A stretch of 61,427 bases of DNA from contig WOYX01000005.1 in the NCBI GenBank assembly GCA_011620595.1, positions 1-61,427 of the forward strand, written 5' to 3'. This document shows, piece by piece, positions 47,859-57,656 of the stretch. Under the pieces are notes generated by a model. It was not told the origin of the DNA and made no database searches. It worked only from the letters and a program-made list of their open reading frames with translations. The translations under genes were made by a program, and so were the position numbers. This stretch comes from Bacteroidales bacterium (GTDB taxonomy: Bacteria; Bacteroidota; Bacteroidia; Bacteroidales; VadinHA17). Within the stretch, counting starts at the first letter, position 1. Every line of letters starts with the position of its first letter.

Positions 47859-48611
47859 TTAATTCCCGCCCCCCCTTCTCTGCCTGATAACCTCGTACAG
47901 AAGAATTCCGGCTGAGACGGAAACATTCAGTGACTCTATTACACCTGTTATGGGAATTGACACCTGCAGGTCAGACATCTCCGTCAGTTTGGGGCTGATG
48001 CCTTTCTCCTCCGAGCCGAGTATCACTACCGCCGGTCCGCCAAGATTGGCTGATGATGCCTTTGTCTGTGCCTTTTCGGTGGCAGACACGGCTTTCAATC
48101 CGGACTCCTTCAGGAAGGTAAGGCATCTGGTCAGGCTTTTGACACGGCATACGGGGAAGGTGCTGAGGGCGCCTGCCGAGGCCTTCACGGCGTCGGGCGA
48201 TATCCTTGCCGAGTTCTTTTCAGGGATGATGACGGCATCTGCTCCGAAGCAGGAGGCGGAACGCACTATGGCTCCGAAGTTGCGCACATCGGTCACACCG
48301 TCGAGCATCAGCAGCAGCGGATCCCTGCCCTCCTCAAAGATTCGTGGCAGGATGACTTCAATATCCTGAAACTCAACTGCCGACAGCCAGGCAATCACTC
48401 CCTGGTGGTTCTTCTGTGTTATGCTGTCTAGCTTCTCCGGCGGCACCACCTGCCAGGGCACCCCCATCTCCGTTACCACCTTCATCAGCTCGTGGTATGA
48501 CCCGCCATGCAAACCGCGCCGCACCAGGAGGCGGTCTATCTGCCTGCCGCCCCTGATCGCTTCCAGTACCGGGTGCATTCCAAAGATAAACTCCTTCTCA
48601 CTGTACATCAT
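47859..48611 (-). CDS. rlmB: 23S rRNA Gm2251 methyltransferase RlmB
   Basis: NHQGV, DVRNFGAIVRS, GSEEKG, SLNVSV. Confidence 0.93.
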   Translation of the reverse strand: MMYSEKEFIFGMHPVLEAIRGGRQIDRLLVRRGLHGGSYHELMKVVTEMGVPWQVVPPEKLDSITQKNHQGVIAWLSAVEFQDIEVILPRIFEEGRDPLLLMLDGVTDVRNFGAIVRSASCFGADAVIIPEKNSARISPDAVKASAGALSTFPVCRVKSLTRCLTFLKESGLKAVSATEKAQTKASSANLGGPAVVILGSEEKGISPKLTEMSDLQVSIPITGVIESLNVSVSAGILLYEVIRQRRGGGN

Positions 48612-49951
48612 TGAAGCTCCTCCGGGTTGTCAAGCCTGAAAACTTTTCCTTCACGCCAGCGCGCCACCGCTATATCCCAGTAGCTGATGGGCGTACCTGC
48701 CCGGTTAAGCACGAAGTGGTTGTCTGAAAAGAGATTCCTCTCCTTCCGGAAGTTGAACCAGAGATACTGATCCTCGAAAGTGTAACGCGATCCCCAGCGG
48801 CTCTTCACGGGAGGCTTCCTGTAGCCCCAGCTTTCGCCTTCGGCATTCTTGTACACCTTGTCAGGCGGACCGTAGATAATGTAGATCATCCCCCTGTCCG
48901 TCAGCCATCCGGCTTTGAATGAGCTGAAGTAGTAATTGGCGAAGAGTGTCCGGTTATAGTAAATCCTTATCAGCTCTTTTGATCTTTCAATGCTGCCGCC
49001 AGTGCGTGCAAGCCAGAAGTGGTCGAGCGCCAGCTTGGGCTTCGCGGAGGCAAGCAAGGTATCCAGTTCCTCCGGTGTGGCGAGATAGGCCAGAGGAGGT
49101 ATCATGGTCTCGGGGGCATTCATGGAGGGGTGATCAGGACCGAAATTGAAGAGAACCAGTCCTTCCCTAATGAGGCTGTCAGCCGAGAACATATAGATAC
49201 CCCGGGCAGGAAGCATCACCGGCAGTGTGTCAGAGATGGCCAGGGGCACTATTCTGTCCGGCTCCGGTGCCATGGTTACCTCAGGAAGTATTGTCGACGG
49301 GGCAGCAGGGATATTAGTGACCTCACCGTAATAGAAGAGCCACAGGGTGTCAGGCTGAAAAGATGGACTGAGGATATTGAAATACTGGTCCTGCCTGACA
49401 ACTCTATTGTATATCTCATTCTTGCTGAAGTGATCCCTGATCTTATAGTTCAGCTTGCTGTACCTGCCTGTCAGCTCAAAATCGACGAAGGTCTGCAGTG
49501 TTCGCTGCCGTATCAGGTCGATCACTTTTATCTCTGCCGTGTAGGCGTTGCCCTCAACGGTCTTGAGCGGTATGTGGAAGGCATATTCGCCACCGACATC
49601 CTCACGCGGTATCTCATACTTGTAACGGGCCGTGTCGGCCAGAACACCCCCAAGGGTATTGTTGAAGAGCCGGACGGATATAAGCATGGATGCCATCGGC
49701 ACTCCCTGTGGGTTGGCCTGGGAGAAGTAAAGTTCACCCCTGCGGATGGCTATCGTCAGCAGCGAGGTCTCCTCATCTTCGTTGAAGACGGAGATGTTGG
49801 GTGTGAATACATTGCGCGCCGGGTTGTAGATATATGACATATCCTTGGTGTCTGTCGCATTCTGTGTCACCGAGCATGACCAGGAGAGCGACGCGATTAT
49901 CACCGCGGTGAGGAGTAATGCTGTTCTATTATTATTCAGGGGTCTTGCCAT
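48608..49951 (-). CDS. GWxTD domain protein
   Basis: GWLTDRGMIYIIYGPP. Confidence 0.9.
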   Translation of the reverse strand: MARPLNNNRTALLLTAVIIASLSWSCSVTQNATDTKDMSYIYNPARNVFTPNISVFNEDEETSLLTIAIRRGELYFSQANPQGVPMASMLISVRLFNNTLGGVLADTARYKYEIPREDVGGEYAFHIPLKTVEGNAYTAEIKVIDLIRQRTLQTFVDFELTGRYSKLNYKIRDHFSKNEIYNRVVRQDQYFNILSPSFQPDTLWLFYYGEVTNIPAAPSTILPEVTMAPEPDRIVPLAISDTLPVMLPARGIYMFSADSLIREGLVLFNFGPDHPSMNAPETMIPPLAYLATPEELDTLLASAKPKLALDHFWLARTGGSIERSKELIRIYYNRTLFANYYFSSFKAGWLTDRGMIYIIYGPPDKVYKNAEGESWGYRKPPVKSRWGSRYTFEDQYLWFNFRKERNLFSDNHFVLNRAGTPISYWDIAVARWREGKVFRLDNPEELQ

Positions 49952-49972
49952 GGCATAAAGTTAGTAAAGATT

Positions 49973-50728
49973 TCAAAGCCTGTTCTCTTTCCAGCTAATC
50001 CTTAGCCGGCAGAGCTCCGTGCCGTCGCTCTCCCTCCTTACCGAGTGGATGAATGCTGTCTCTGTATCAGCAGTGGCACCGGTGAAAATGCTCACCATTT
50101 CTCCGAGGTGTCCCTCCTGGATATAATTCACTTCGATGGTGTCAGGAGTGTGGGTTCCCACAAAATCCGGTTCATAGCAGTTGATGGCCCAGGAGACATA
50201 GCGGGCGTTGTTAACGTGACTGTTGATGTCGATGTCGTCAAGCATCACCCTGAGAGTGGTGACCCGGTGATCGCCTGCGGGCAGTGGCGGAACCTTCCGG
50301 GAGTTGGTGCCTATTGCCTTTTTCTCCGGAAACATCATGTTCAGTTCTGCCAGGGCCCTGCCAGGCCTCTGGGCCTTACGGGTGTGGTAATCAACTATCA
50401 CCCATGATGAAGAGGCACCTGCCAGCCTGTTGCCGGCAGCATCATACATCTCCAGGTCGCGCAGTGCATAGATAAGGTCGGTACCGCGCGGCCAGGTGCA
50501 GAGTGTCACCTCTTCCAGCGCCAGGGGAAGACGGTCCACCTTCACTGTCATTCTTGACAGTACCCAGAAAGTACCGTCATTCATCAGGTTGTCGCGACCC
50601 CATCCCAGTTCATTGGCATGTCTTCCCGCAAGGTCCTCGAAGAAGCTGAACATGGCACCGGGACTGAGTCTGCCGGTGATGTCAGTATTGAAGATGTTGA
50701 CGGGGTAGTTTCTTTCAAATATTATCAT
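49973..50728 (-). CDS. Acyl-ACP thioesterase
   Basis: FWVLSRM, TWPRG, DIDINSHVNNARY. Confidence 0.9.
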   Translation of the reverse strand: MIIFERNYPVNIFNTDITGRLSPGAMFSFFEDLAGRHANELGWGRDNLMNDGTFWVLSRMTVKVDRLPLALEEVTLCTWPRGTDLIYALRDLEMYDAAGNRLAGASSSWVIVDYHTRKAQRPGRALAELNMMFPEKKAIGTNSRKVPPLPAGDHRVTTLRVMLDDIDINSHVNNARYVSWAINCYEPDFVGTHTPDTIEVNYIQEGHLGEMVSIFTGATADTETAFIHSVRRESDGTELCRLRISWKENRL

Positions 50729-53183
50729 TGTTGTTCATATATTCTGTCATGAAGTTTTCAAGCTCACCGTGAGCCTCTTCCCAGCTCTGCATGAGAGCCT
50801 CAAGCTTCTTTTTCCGCTCCTCGTAGAGGCTGAAGAATGCTGCGTCGTTCATTGCGCTGCTGTCTCCTGCCGCAATCCTGGCATCCATTTCCGCTATCTC
50901 CTTCTCAATGCCTGTTATCTCCGTCTCCCACTTTTGGGTCTCCCGCTGCAGCCTCCGGTATACTCTCTCGGTCTCCTTTTTCTCAAGGTAGAGCATCTTG
51001 CTGCTCTGCTGCGAGGTGTCTCTGCCGGTGGATGCTGTTGCCGGTGCAGCTTCATTCTCCTGTGATGATTCCGGCTTTGCCGCCCTGTTACCCCCGGTCC
51101 TGCTGCCCGCCGTGTTTCCATTCGGCAGGGGGGATGACTTCGTCTTTCTGTTGCCTGCCACACTTGCACCGCCGCCCGCAGTGCCTGGTTTGTCGCCCGT
51201 TGCAACGGCCTTGCTGTCTGGTGCTCCCCGTCTGCCTGCTGCGCTGGCTTTGCCGCCCGTCATGCCCGGATTGCTGCCTGGTGCGCCGGCCTTGCTGTCT
51301 GCTGCTCCCCGTCTGTTGCCTGCCGCACTTGCACTGCTGCCCGCTACGCCTGCTTTGCCTCCCGTCATGCCCTGGTTGCTGCCTGGTGCGCCGGCCTTGC
51401 TGTCTGCTGCTCCCCGTCTGCCACCTGCCGCACTTGCACTGCTGCCCGCTACGCCTGCTTTGCCTCCCGTCATGCCCTGGTTGCTGCCCGCTGCGCCTGC
51501 TTTGCCGCCAGCCCGGGCCGCCGCACCGCCCTTTTTTACGCCTGGAGCGGATCTCATCTCAAGCTCCCTCAGCGATTCTATCTTCCTCCACCTGAGAAAC
51601 TCATCGATTCCCCCGAGGTGGGTCCTGATCTTCCTGTGGCGGAACTCGTACACCTTGTTCACCAGCCCGTCGAGAAAATCCCTGTCGTGGGAGACCACAA
51701 TTAATGTGCCATCAAATTTGATCAGCGCCTGCTTCAGTATCTCCTTCGAGCGTATGTCGAGGTGGTTGGTAGGTTCGTCGAGGAGCAGCAGGTTATAGGG
51801 CTCAAGCAGCAACTGAACGATGGCCAGCCTTGAGCGTTCTCCGCCGGAGAGCACCTTAACCTTCTTGTCGATGTCGTCACCGTGAAAGAGGAAGGCACCG
51901 AGGATATCGCGCAGCCGTGTGCGGATGTCGCCGCGGGCTATCCTGTCGACCGTCTCAAAGACCGTTAGCTCATCATTGAGAAGCTCATCCTGGTTCTGTG
52001 CGAAGTACCCGATAGAAACATTATGTCCTCTCTTTACCGTTCCTTCATGGTCAATCTGCCCGAGGATCATACGTGCCAGGGTGGTCTTGCCTTCACCGTT
52101 GCGTCCCACGAACGCCACCTTCTCGCCCCTTTCTATTTTGAGTGAGATCCTGTCAAGCACCAGATGGTCGCCGTACCGTTTCGAGGCCTCATCGGCCTCC
52201 ACAACCACCGTTCCCGAGCGGGGGGCCGGGGAGAAGCGTATGTTCATAGCCGATGTATCCTCGTCTTCGATCTCAATTCGTTCAAGCTTCTTCAGCTGTT
52301 TTATCTTGCTCTGCACCTGCACCGCCTTGGTGGGCTTGTACCTGAACCGTTCAATGAACTTCTCGGTATCCTCTATCATCTTCTTCTGGTTGCGATAGGC
52401 AGCCGTCTGCTGCTCACGCCGTTCGCGCCGCAGCACCGTGTATTGCGTATAGGGCACCCGGTAGTCATATATCTTGCCCAGGCTTATCTCTATCGTGCGA
52501 CGGGTGACGTTGTCAAGGAAGGTGCGGTCATGGGATACGAGTATCACTGCACCGGGATATGTCTCCAGAAAACCCTCCAGCCAGATAATTGACTCAATGT
52601 CAAGATGGTTGGTCGGCTCATCGAGAAGTATCAGGTCAGGCTTGCGGAGCAGTATCTTTGCCAGCTCGACACGCATGCGCCAGCCGCCGCTGAGCTCACG
52701 GGTGGGACGATTGAACTCTTCGGGATTGAACCCAAGGCCCGCAAGGGTCTGTCGCGCCAGCGCCGTATAGTCGTTGCCGCCCAGCAGCTGGTGCCTCTCT
52801 CCGGCGCTGTGGAGCCTGTCGCACAGATTGTGATAACTATCGCTCTCGTAGTCGGTCCGTTCCGCTATCTCCCTCGTGACATCGGCGATCTCCTGTTCGA
52901 GGGCCCTGATCTCCGCAAAGGCAGTGAGGGTCTCCTCCATCACCGTGGTGGTGTCTGACACTGCCATCTGCTGTTCCAGGTAACCGACGGTGAGCTCACG
53001 GGGGCGCTCCACCGATCCGCTGGTGGGATCCTGCATCCCAGCGATGATCTTCATCAATGTCGATTTGCCGGCGCCGTTCCTTCCCGTAAGGCCGATACGC
53101 TCCTGGCGGGTAATGAGGAATGAAACCTCATCCAGCAGGATAAAGCTGCCAAAGAGAACCGAAACATTGTTGACCGAGACCAT
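50715..53183 (-). CDS. ABC-F family ATPase with a Gly/Ala-rich insertion
   Basis: Two ABC domains (GRNGAGKS, LSGGW; GRNGEGKT, LSGGE); start 53183 MVSVNNV supported by TATCTTTG box at 53213-53206. Confidence 0.92.
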   Translation of the reverse strand: MVSVNNVSVLFGSFILLDEVSFLITRQERIGLTGRNGAGKSTLMKIIAGMQDPTSGSVERPRELTVGYLEQQMAVSDTTTVMEETLTAFAEIRALEQEIADVTREIAERTDYESDSYHNLCDRLHSAGERHQLLGGNDYTALARQTLAGLGFNPEEFNRPTRELSGGWRMRVELAKILLRKPDLILLDEPTNHLDIESIIWLEGFLETYPGAVILVSHDRTFLDNVTRRTIEISLGKIYDYRVPYTQYTVLRRERREQQTAAYRNQKKMIEDTEKFIERFRYKPTKAVQVQSKIKQLKKLERIEIEDEDTSAMNIRFSPAPRSGTVVVEADEASKRYGDHLVLDRISLKIERGEKVAFVGRNGEGKTTLARMILGQIDHEGTVKRGHNVSIGYFAQNQDELLNDELTVFETVDRIARGDIRTRLRDILGAFLFHGDDIDKKVKVLSGGERSRLAIVQLLLEPYNLLLLDEPTNHLDIRSKEILKQALIKFDGTLIVVSHDRDFLDGLVNKVYEFRHRKIRTHLGGIDEFLRWRKIESLRELEMRSAPGVKKGGAAARAGGKAGAAGSNQGMTGGKAGVAGSSASAAGGRRGAADSKAGAPGSNQGMTGGKAGVAGSSASAAGNRRGAADSKAGAPGSNPGMTGGKASAAGRRGAPDSKAVATGDKPGTAGGGASVAGNRKTKSSPLPNGNTAGSRTGGNRAAKPESSQENEAAPATASTGRDTSQQSSKMLYLEKKETERVYRRLQRETQKWETEITGIEKEIAEMDARIAAGDSSAMNDAAFFSLYEERKKKLEALMQSWEEAHGELENFMTEYMNNNDNI
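51140..51520 (-). repeat. Nested 21-bp/105-bp coding repeats in ABC-F
   Basis: GSNQGMT/GGKAGVA/GSSASAA/GGRRGAA/DSKAGAP heptads repeated about 2.5-3 times; boundaries approximate. Confidence 0.85.
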
Positions 53184-53422
53184 CCGGAGGTGGATATTTG
53201 AGGGGCAAAGATAGGAAAAAACATCAAGAGGTCGAAAGGTCGGAAGGTCTGAAGTCGTAAGGTCTAAATATATGGATGTCAAATTTATAGTTTCTAATTC
53301 CTCACTATTGCCTGCCCTGGCTGCTGACTGCTGACTACTGACTTCTGGCTGCCAATTGCCTTCATCATATTCATACTCAACCTCCAAAAATTACGTTAAT
53401 ATTGTAACCTGATTTGAAAGTC

Positions 53423-54655
53423 ATGAAGAAGAACCTGAAACTACTTGCAATATTGTTCCTGCTGATACCGCTGCTCCTGATGCAGTCGTGCAGCAAAGAG
53501 GAGGGGCCTGATCCGTTTGAAGACAATACCTGGCTGGTCTCAGGCAAGCTGGAGAAGATGAGAAACAAAGAGAACATGATCACCCTGGCCAACTTTGGCG
53601 CACTTTTGTATCCTGAACTTGCCGGTATGATTGAAGAAATAGAGAGCGGAGTGAACGTTTACAGTATCACCTACAATACCACTTTCCGCGGAGAGAAGAA
53701 AATTGCCTCCGGACTGGTCATAATACCCTCGGTGCCGGGAGACTATCCCGTGCTCTCTTTTCAGAACGGGACGAACACTCTGCATTCCAATGCGCCCACG
53801 GCTGATCCGGACTACCAGCCCTACCAGTTGCTGCAATTCACCGCATCCACCGGGTATGTTGTGATCATATCTGATTACCTTGGTTTTGGTGCCAGCGATG
53901 ATATGGCACACCCTTACCTTCACAAGGAATCGACTGTTCAGACACTTGTCGACATGCTTTATGCTGTGGGCGAGTTCGACGAAGATGTGGCAAAGGATAT
54001 TAATCTTAACGGAGATCACTACCTGATGGGGTACTCGCAGGGAGGATGGGCAACACTTGCCCTGCTTGAGGCCATCGAGCGGGATTATTCCTCCGATTTC
54101 ACAGTGAGGGCTGCTGCCTGCGGGGCCGGACCGTACGATATGAGCTATTTCAACGATTATGTGCTGGGGCTGACGGAATATCCGATGCCTGTCTTTCTGT
54201 GCTATATTGCCAATGCTTACAGTGAGTATGGTATCTATTCCAGTTCCCTGTCAGACCTTTTCAATGATCCCTATGCGGGGCGCATTCCGGGACTGTATGA
54301 CGGGCTCCATTCTTCAGAGCAGATAAATGATCAGTTGACGGCTACCATTTCGGGGTTGTTCCGGGCTGAGTACATCTCCGGGCATGCCAGCGCACCGGAA
54401 TACCAGGATGTGCGCGAGGCCCTTGCTGCCAACAGCATCGAAGGGTGGGACAGTAATGTGCCGATCCTCTTCATGCACGGTACGGCTGACACCTACGTCA
54501 TACCGGCATTGTCGGAAAGGATGCATGATGCCATGACCGCCGCCGGCAGCGATCCTCTTACATGCACCTACCTGCCCATGGAGGGTTATGATCATTCAGG
54601 CGGCATCGTTCCTGCCGGAATTGCGGGACTGGAGTTTTTCAGCATAAACAGGTAA
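53423..54655 (+). CDS. Secretory lipase-like alpha/beta hydrolase lipoprotein
   Basis: Lipobox MQSC, SDYLGFG, GYSQGG, HGTAD. Confidence 0.85.
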   Translation: MKKNLKLLAILFLLIPLLLMQSCSKEEGPDPFEDNTWLVSGKLEKMRNKENMITLANFGALLYPELAGMIEEIESGVNVYSITYNTTFRGEKKIASGLVIIPSVPGDYPVLSFQNGTNTLHSNAPTADPDYQPYQLLQFTASTGYVVIISDYLGFGASDDMAHPYLHKESTVQTLVDMLYAVGEFDEDVAKDINLNGDHYLMGYSQGGWATLALLEAIERDYSSDFTVRAAACGAGPYDMSYFNDYVLGLTEYPMPVFLCYIANAYSEYGIYSSSLSDLFNDPYAGRIPGLYDGLHSSEQINDQLTATISGLFRAEYISGHASAPEYQDVREALAANSIEGWDSNVPILFMHGTADTYVIPALSERMHDAMTAAGSDPLTCTYLPMEGYDHSGGIVPAGIAGLEFFSINR

Positions 54656-54662
54656 AGACGGG

Positions 54663-56075
54663 GTGGGAAGGAAGAAGCAGCTGCCGATACTGAGAGGAGT
54701 AACGATCACTGATATCGGGTCTGAAGGCAACGCTATCGCGAAGGTCGATGAGATGGTGCTCTTCGTGCCGGGGATGATACCGGGAGATGTGGTTGACGTG
54801 CGCGTCACCAAAAAGAAAAAGAGGTATATGGAGGGTGTGGCTATGGCTGTGACCTCTCCGTCGCCCGACAGGATCACACCGCCCTGCTCTCACTTCGGAG
54901 TGTGCGGCGGATGCCGGTGGCAGCACCTGCCATATGACAGACAGCTTTACTATAAGGAGCAGCAGGTGAGGGACAATCTCACCCGTATAGGCCATACAGC
55001 CATCCCTGCGGTTGATGCCATAATCGGCTCGGAGAAGATCTATGACTACCGCAACAAGCTTGAATTCACCTTCTCGGAAAAGCGCTGGCTGACACGCGGG
55101 GAGGTTGCTACGGGAGCAGAGCTCTGCAAGCGGCCTGCACTGGGGTTTCACATTCCCGGTGTCTTTGACAAGGCTTTGGATATATATGAGTGCCTTCTGA
55201 TGGGCGGGCCGACTGATGCCATCAGGAACGAGGCCAGGAGGTATGCTGCTGAACGGAATCTGCCCTTCTACGATTTCAGGGAGCAGCGCGGCTTCCTCCG
55301 CAACCTGATTGTAAGACGGACGGCCGGAGGCGAGGTGATGGTGGTGCTGGTGACAACGGACAGCCACGGAGAGGAGAGGGAGAGTGTGCTGAGACACCTT
55401 GCGGAGCGCTTTCCTGAGATTACATCACTTTACTATATTATCAACACCAAGAAAAACGACAGTATCTCTGACCTAACTCCTGTACTTTTTGCCGGAAACG
55501 GTTACATTACCGAGGAGATGGAGGGACTCAAATTCAGGATAGGACCGAAGTCGTTCTACCAGACCAACAGCAGCCAGGCGAAAAAACTCTACTCAGTTGT
55601 CAGGGAGATGGCGCAGCTGACCGGCAGTGAGAATGTATACGATCTATATACAGGTACGGGCACGATAGCCTGTTACCTGGCATCGGGGGCCGGCAGGGTC
55701 ACGGGTATAGAGTACATCGAAGAGGCTGTCTCCGACGCGCGGGTCAATGCGCTGGAGAATAAGATCGGCAACGCACATTTCATTGCCGGTGACATCAGGA
55801 ATGTTTTCAACGACACTCTCTTCAGTGAGCGGGGCCGGCCCGATGTGATCATCACCGATCCTCCCCGCGCCGGGATGCACGGCGACGTCACCGCCGCGAT
55901 GCTTCGCTCGGGTGCGGAGAGGATTGTGTATGTTAGCTGCAACCCTGCCACGCAGGCCCGCGACATCGATATACTCTCACAGGGTTATGACGTTAAGCGT
56001 GTTGCCCCGGTAGACATGTTCCCTCATACCTTCCATGTAGAGAACGTGGTGCTGCTTGAGAAGAAGAAAAACTAA
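54663..56075 (+). CDS. rlmD: 23S rRNA m5U1939 methyltransferase RlmD
   Basis: TRAM domain, CxHFGVCGGC, SFYQTN, DPPRAG, YVSCNP, DMFPHT. Confidence 0.95.
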   Translation: MGRKKQLPILRGVTITDIGSEGNAIAKVDEMVLFVPGMIPGDVVDVRVTKKKKRYMEGVAMAVTSPSPDRITPPCSHFGVCGGCRWQHLPYDRQLYYKEQQVRDNLTRIGHTAIPAVDAIIGSEKIYDYRNKLEFTFSEKRWLTRGEVATGAELCKRPALGFHIPGVFDKALDIYECLLMGGPTDAIRNEARRYAAERNLPFYDFREQRGFLRNLIVRRTAGGEVMVVLVTTDSHGEERESVLRHLAERFPEITSLYYIINTKKNDSISDLTPVLFAGNGYITEEMEGLKFRIGPKSFYQTNSSQAKKLYSVVREMAQLTGSENVYDLYTGTGTIACYLASGAGRVTGIEYIEEAVSDARVNALENKIGNAHFIAGDIRNVFNDTLFSERGRPDVIITDPPRAGMHGDVTAAMLRSGAERIVYVSCNPATQARDIDILSQGYDVKRVAPVDMFPHTFHVENVVLLEKKKN

Positions 56076-56228
56076 TCTGCCGGACATCTGCAATTCTTAA
56101 TGGTCTACGGCCAACTGCTTGACATTGTCAACACTACTGCCTCCTGCTTTTAGCCACCGTAGCCTTCTTTGACATCCGACTCCGACGGACGAAGTCCGTA
56201 GTTTTAACGGAGGATGTGGCACAGGTGG

Positions 56229-56272
56229 CTGACTGAAGACTGTTGACTGAAGACTGTTGACTGAAGACTGAA
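56229..56272. repeat. Heptamer-based short tandem repeat (TGACTGAAGACTGT)
   Basis: About 3 copies between the convergent rlmD and porP genes. Confidence 0.75.
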
Positions 56273-56290
56273 GGCTGGAGACTGCGGACT

Positions 56291-57313
56291 CTAATACCGG
56301 TCAAGCCACCTGAATTTCTTGTTGCTGCTGCCAAGCTTGAGAGCAAGGACCAGCTCATGCGATCCGCTGGTTACGGTTTCGATCTCATTAAGAGAATAAT
56401 CATACGAATATCCGATATACACGTTACCACACCTGAGCCTGACATTCCCGATAAGTGCTCCCTTGCTTGAAGTGCCGTAGAAGCCTCCTGTGCGATATGC
56501 TGCTCCCAGCCAGAAAGTCTGGTCATAGATGAGGGTAATTCCCATATCAGCCTGCGGCAGGATCTGCTCCGACATTTTCAAGAGCACGGAGGGCTCTATC
56601 TCAAGATTCTTGGCGGTCAGGAAACTGTATGATCCGAAGAGATAGTAATGCCTTGACATCCTAAATCTGTCATATGCCTTCAAAGTGTCAACTACGCCGT
56701 CCCCTATCCTGGCTGCTGCTCCCAGCATCGATTCTGCAGAGAACCCGAGTGTATACCTGTCGTTCAGGAGGTACAATCCAAAATTGACATCAGGAACAAT
56801 TATCCCCTTTCTAAGATTGTCAGTCAGCCATGGTTCAGACGGATCCTTGAAGCTGTCATGATCCGCATTTATGATATAATGGTATCCTGTGGCTGAGAGT
56901 CCCATCGAAAGCTGTGTGTAATCCTGAACCCAGATATGATACGAATATGCTATGTGGAAGCCTGTCCTCTGAACGAGTCCGTTCTGGTCACTGAAGAGAC
57001 CGATTCCGAGTCCTGTCCTGCCCTCTGTCTTGGCTTGGTATCTGTTGTTGCCGAAAATATTCTTCTTAAGTGAATATTTTTTCTTCATGAACCTTGTCTG
57101 GTAGCTGAGTGAATAGGTCCTCGGGGCACCGGCATATCCAACCCATTGTTCCCTCGCAGTAACATTGAAACTTGTGTATCCCTCGCTTCCGGCTGCGGAA
57201 GGATTGATAAGGAACTTATTGTACATATACTGACTGTACAGTGGCATCTGTTGGGAGAATGAATATTGCACCCCGGCCACTGCAAAGAATAATATGATTA
57301 TCAGCCTTTTCAA
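56291..57313 (-). CDS. Type IX secretion PorP/SprF family membrane protein
   Basis: QQMPLYSQYMYNKFLINPSAAG, REQWVG, GYSYDY, GSHEL; TTG start at 57313 gives a signal peptide. Confidence 0.9.
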   Translation of the reverse strand: MKRLIIILFFAVAGVQYSFSQQMPLYSQYMYNKFLINPSAAGSEGYTSFNVTAREQWVGYAGAPRTYSLSYQTRFMKKKYSLKKNIFGNNRYQAKTEGRTGLGIGLFSDQNGLVQRTGFHIAYSYHIWVQDYTQLSMGLSATGYHYIINADHDSFKDPSEPWLTDNLRKGIIVPDVNFGLYLLNDRYTLGFSAESMLGAAARIGDGVVDTLKAYDRFRMSRHYYLFGSYSFLTAKNLEIEPSVLLKMSEQILPQADMGITLIYDQTFWLGAAYRTGGFYGTSSKGALIGNVRLRCGNVYIGYSYDYSLNEIETVTSGSHELVLALKLGSSNKKFRWLDRY

Positions 57314-57656
57314 GGTTTCTGATACGTCTATTGTTTTGCGACCTGTCAACCGTGTCATCAAATCTGATATGAATTTGACACAGCCGTGTTCTTGAATCAA
57401 ATATACTCCGGTTGCAATGCCCCTGCAAGTCATTTTTGATGCAGGTGTACAGTTTTGTGACAAATATGCCTTTTTGGAAGGTTATAATGAAACCCTTGCC
57501 GTAGGATTATTATGTTGGCAAGCAGGTTGCTCCGTTTTGCCTTGATCGGCCGGGCTCCCTTCCAGGCCTTTTCAATCTTTAGGACAAAGAATATTGAGAC
57601 CGGCGCAGATCTGCAAATGGTGGGAACGTCGGGCTATTTACCCTTTTGGGTTCCCT

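Noticed and set aside
50837-51798. Long + strand ORFs (252 and 266 aa) opposite ABC-F, and similar antisense ORFs such as 40528-41163 and 49019-49837
   Set aside because: Shadow ORFs from GC-rich or repetitive coding sequence on the other strand; no recognisable motifs.
53184-53387. Long N-terminal extensions in the ORF track (ABC-F; also 4849, 13353, 14490, 16073, 39653, 57463)
   Set aside because: Downstream starts give proper signal peptides or domain starts; for ABC-F a promoter box lies inside the extension.
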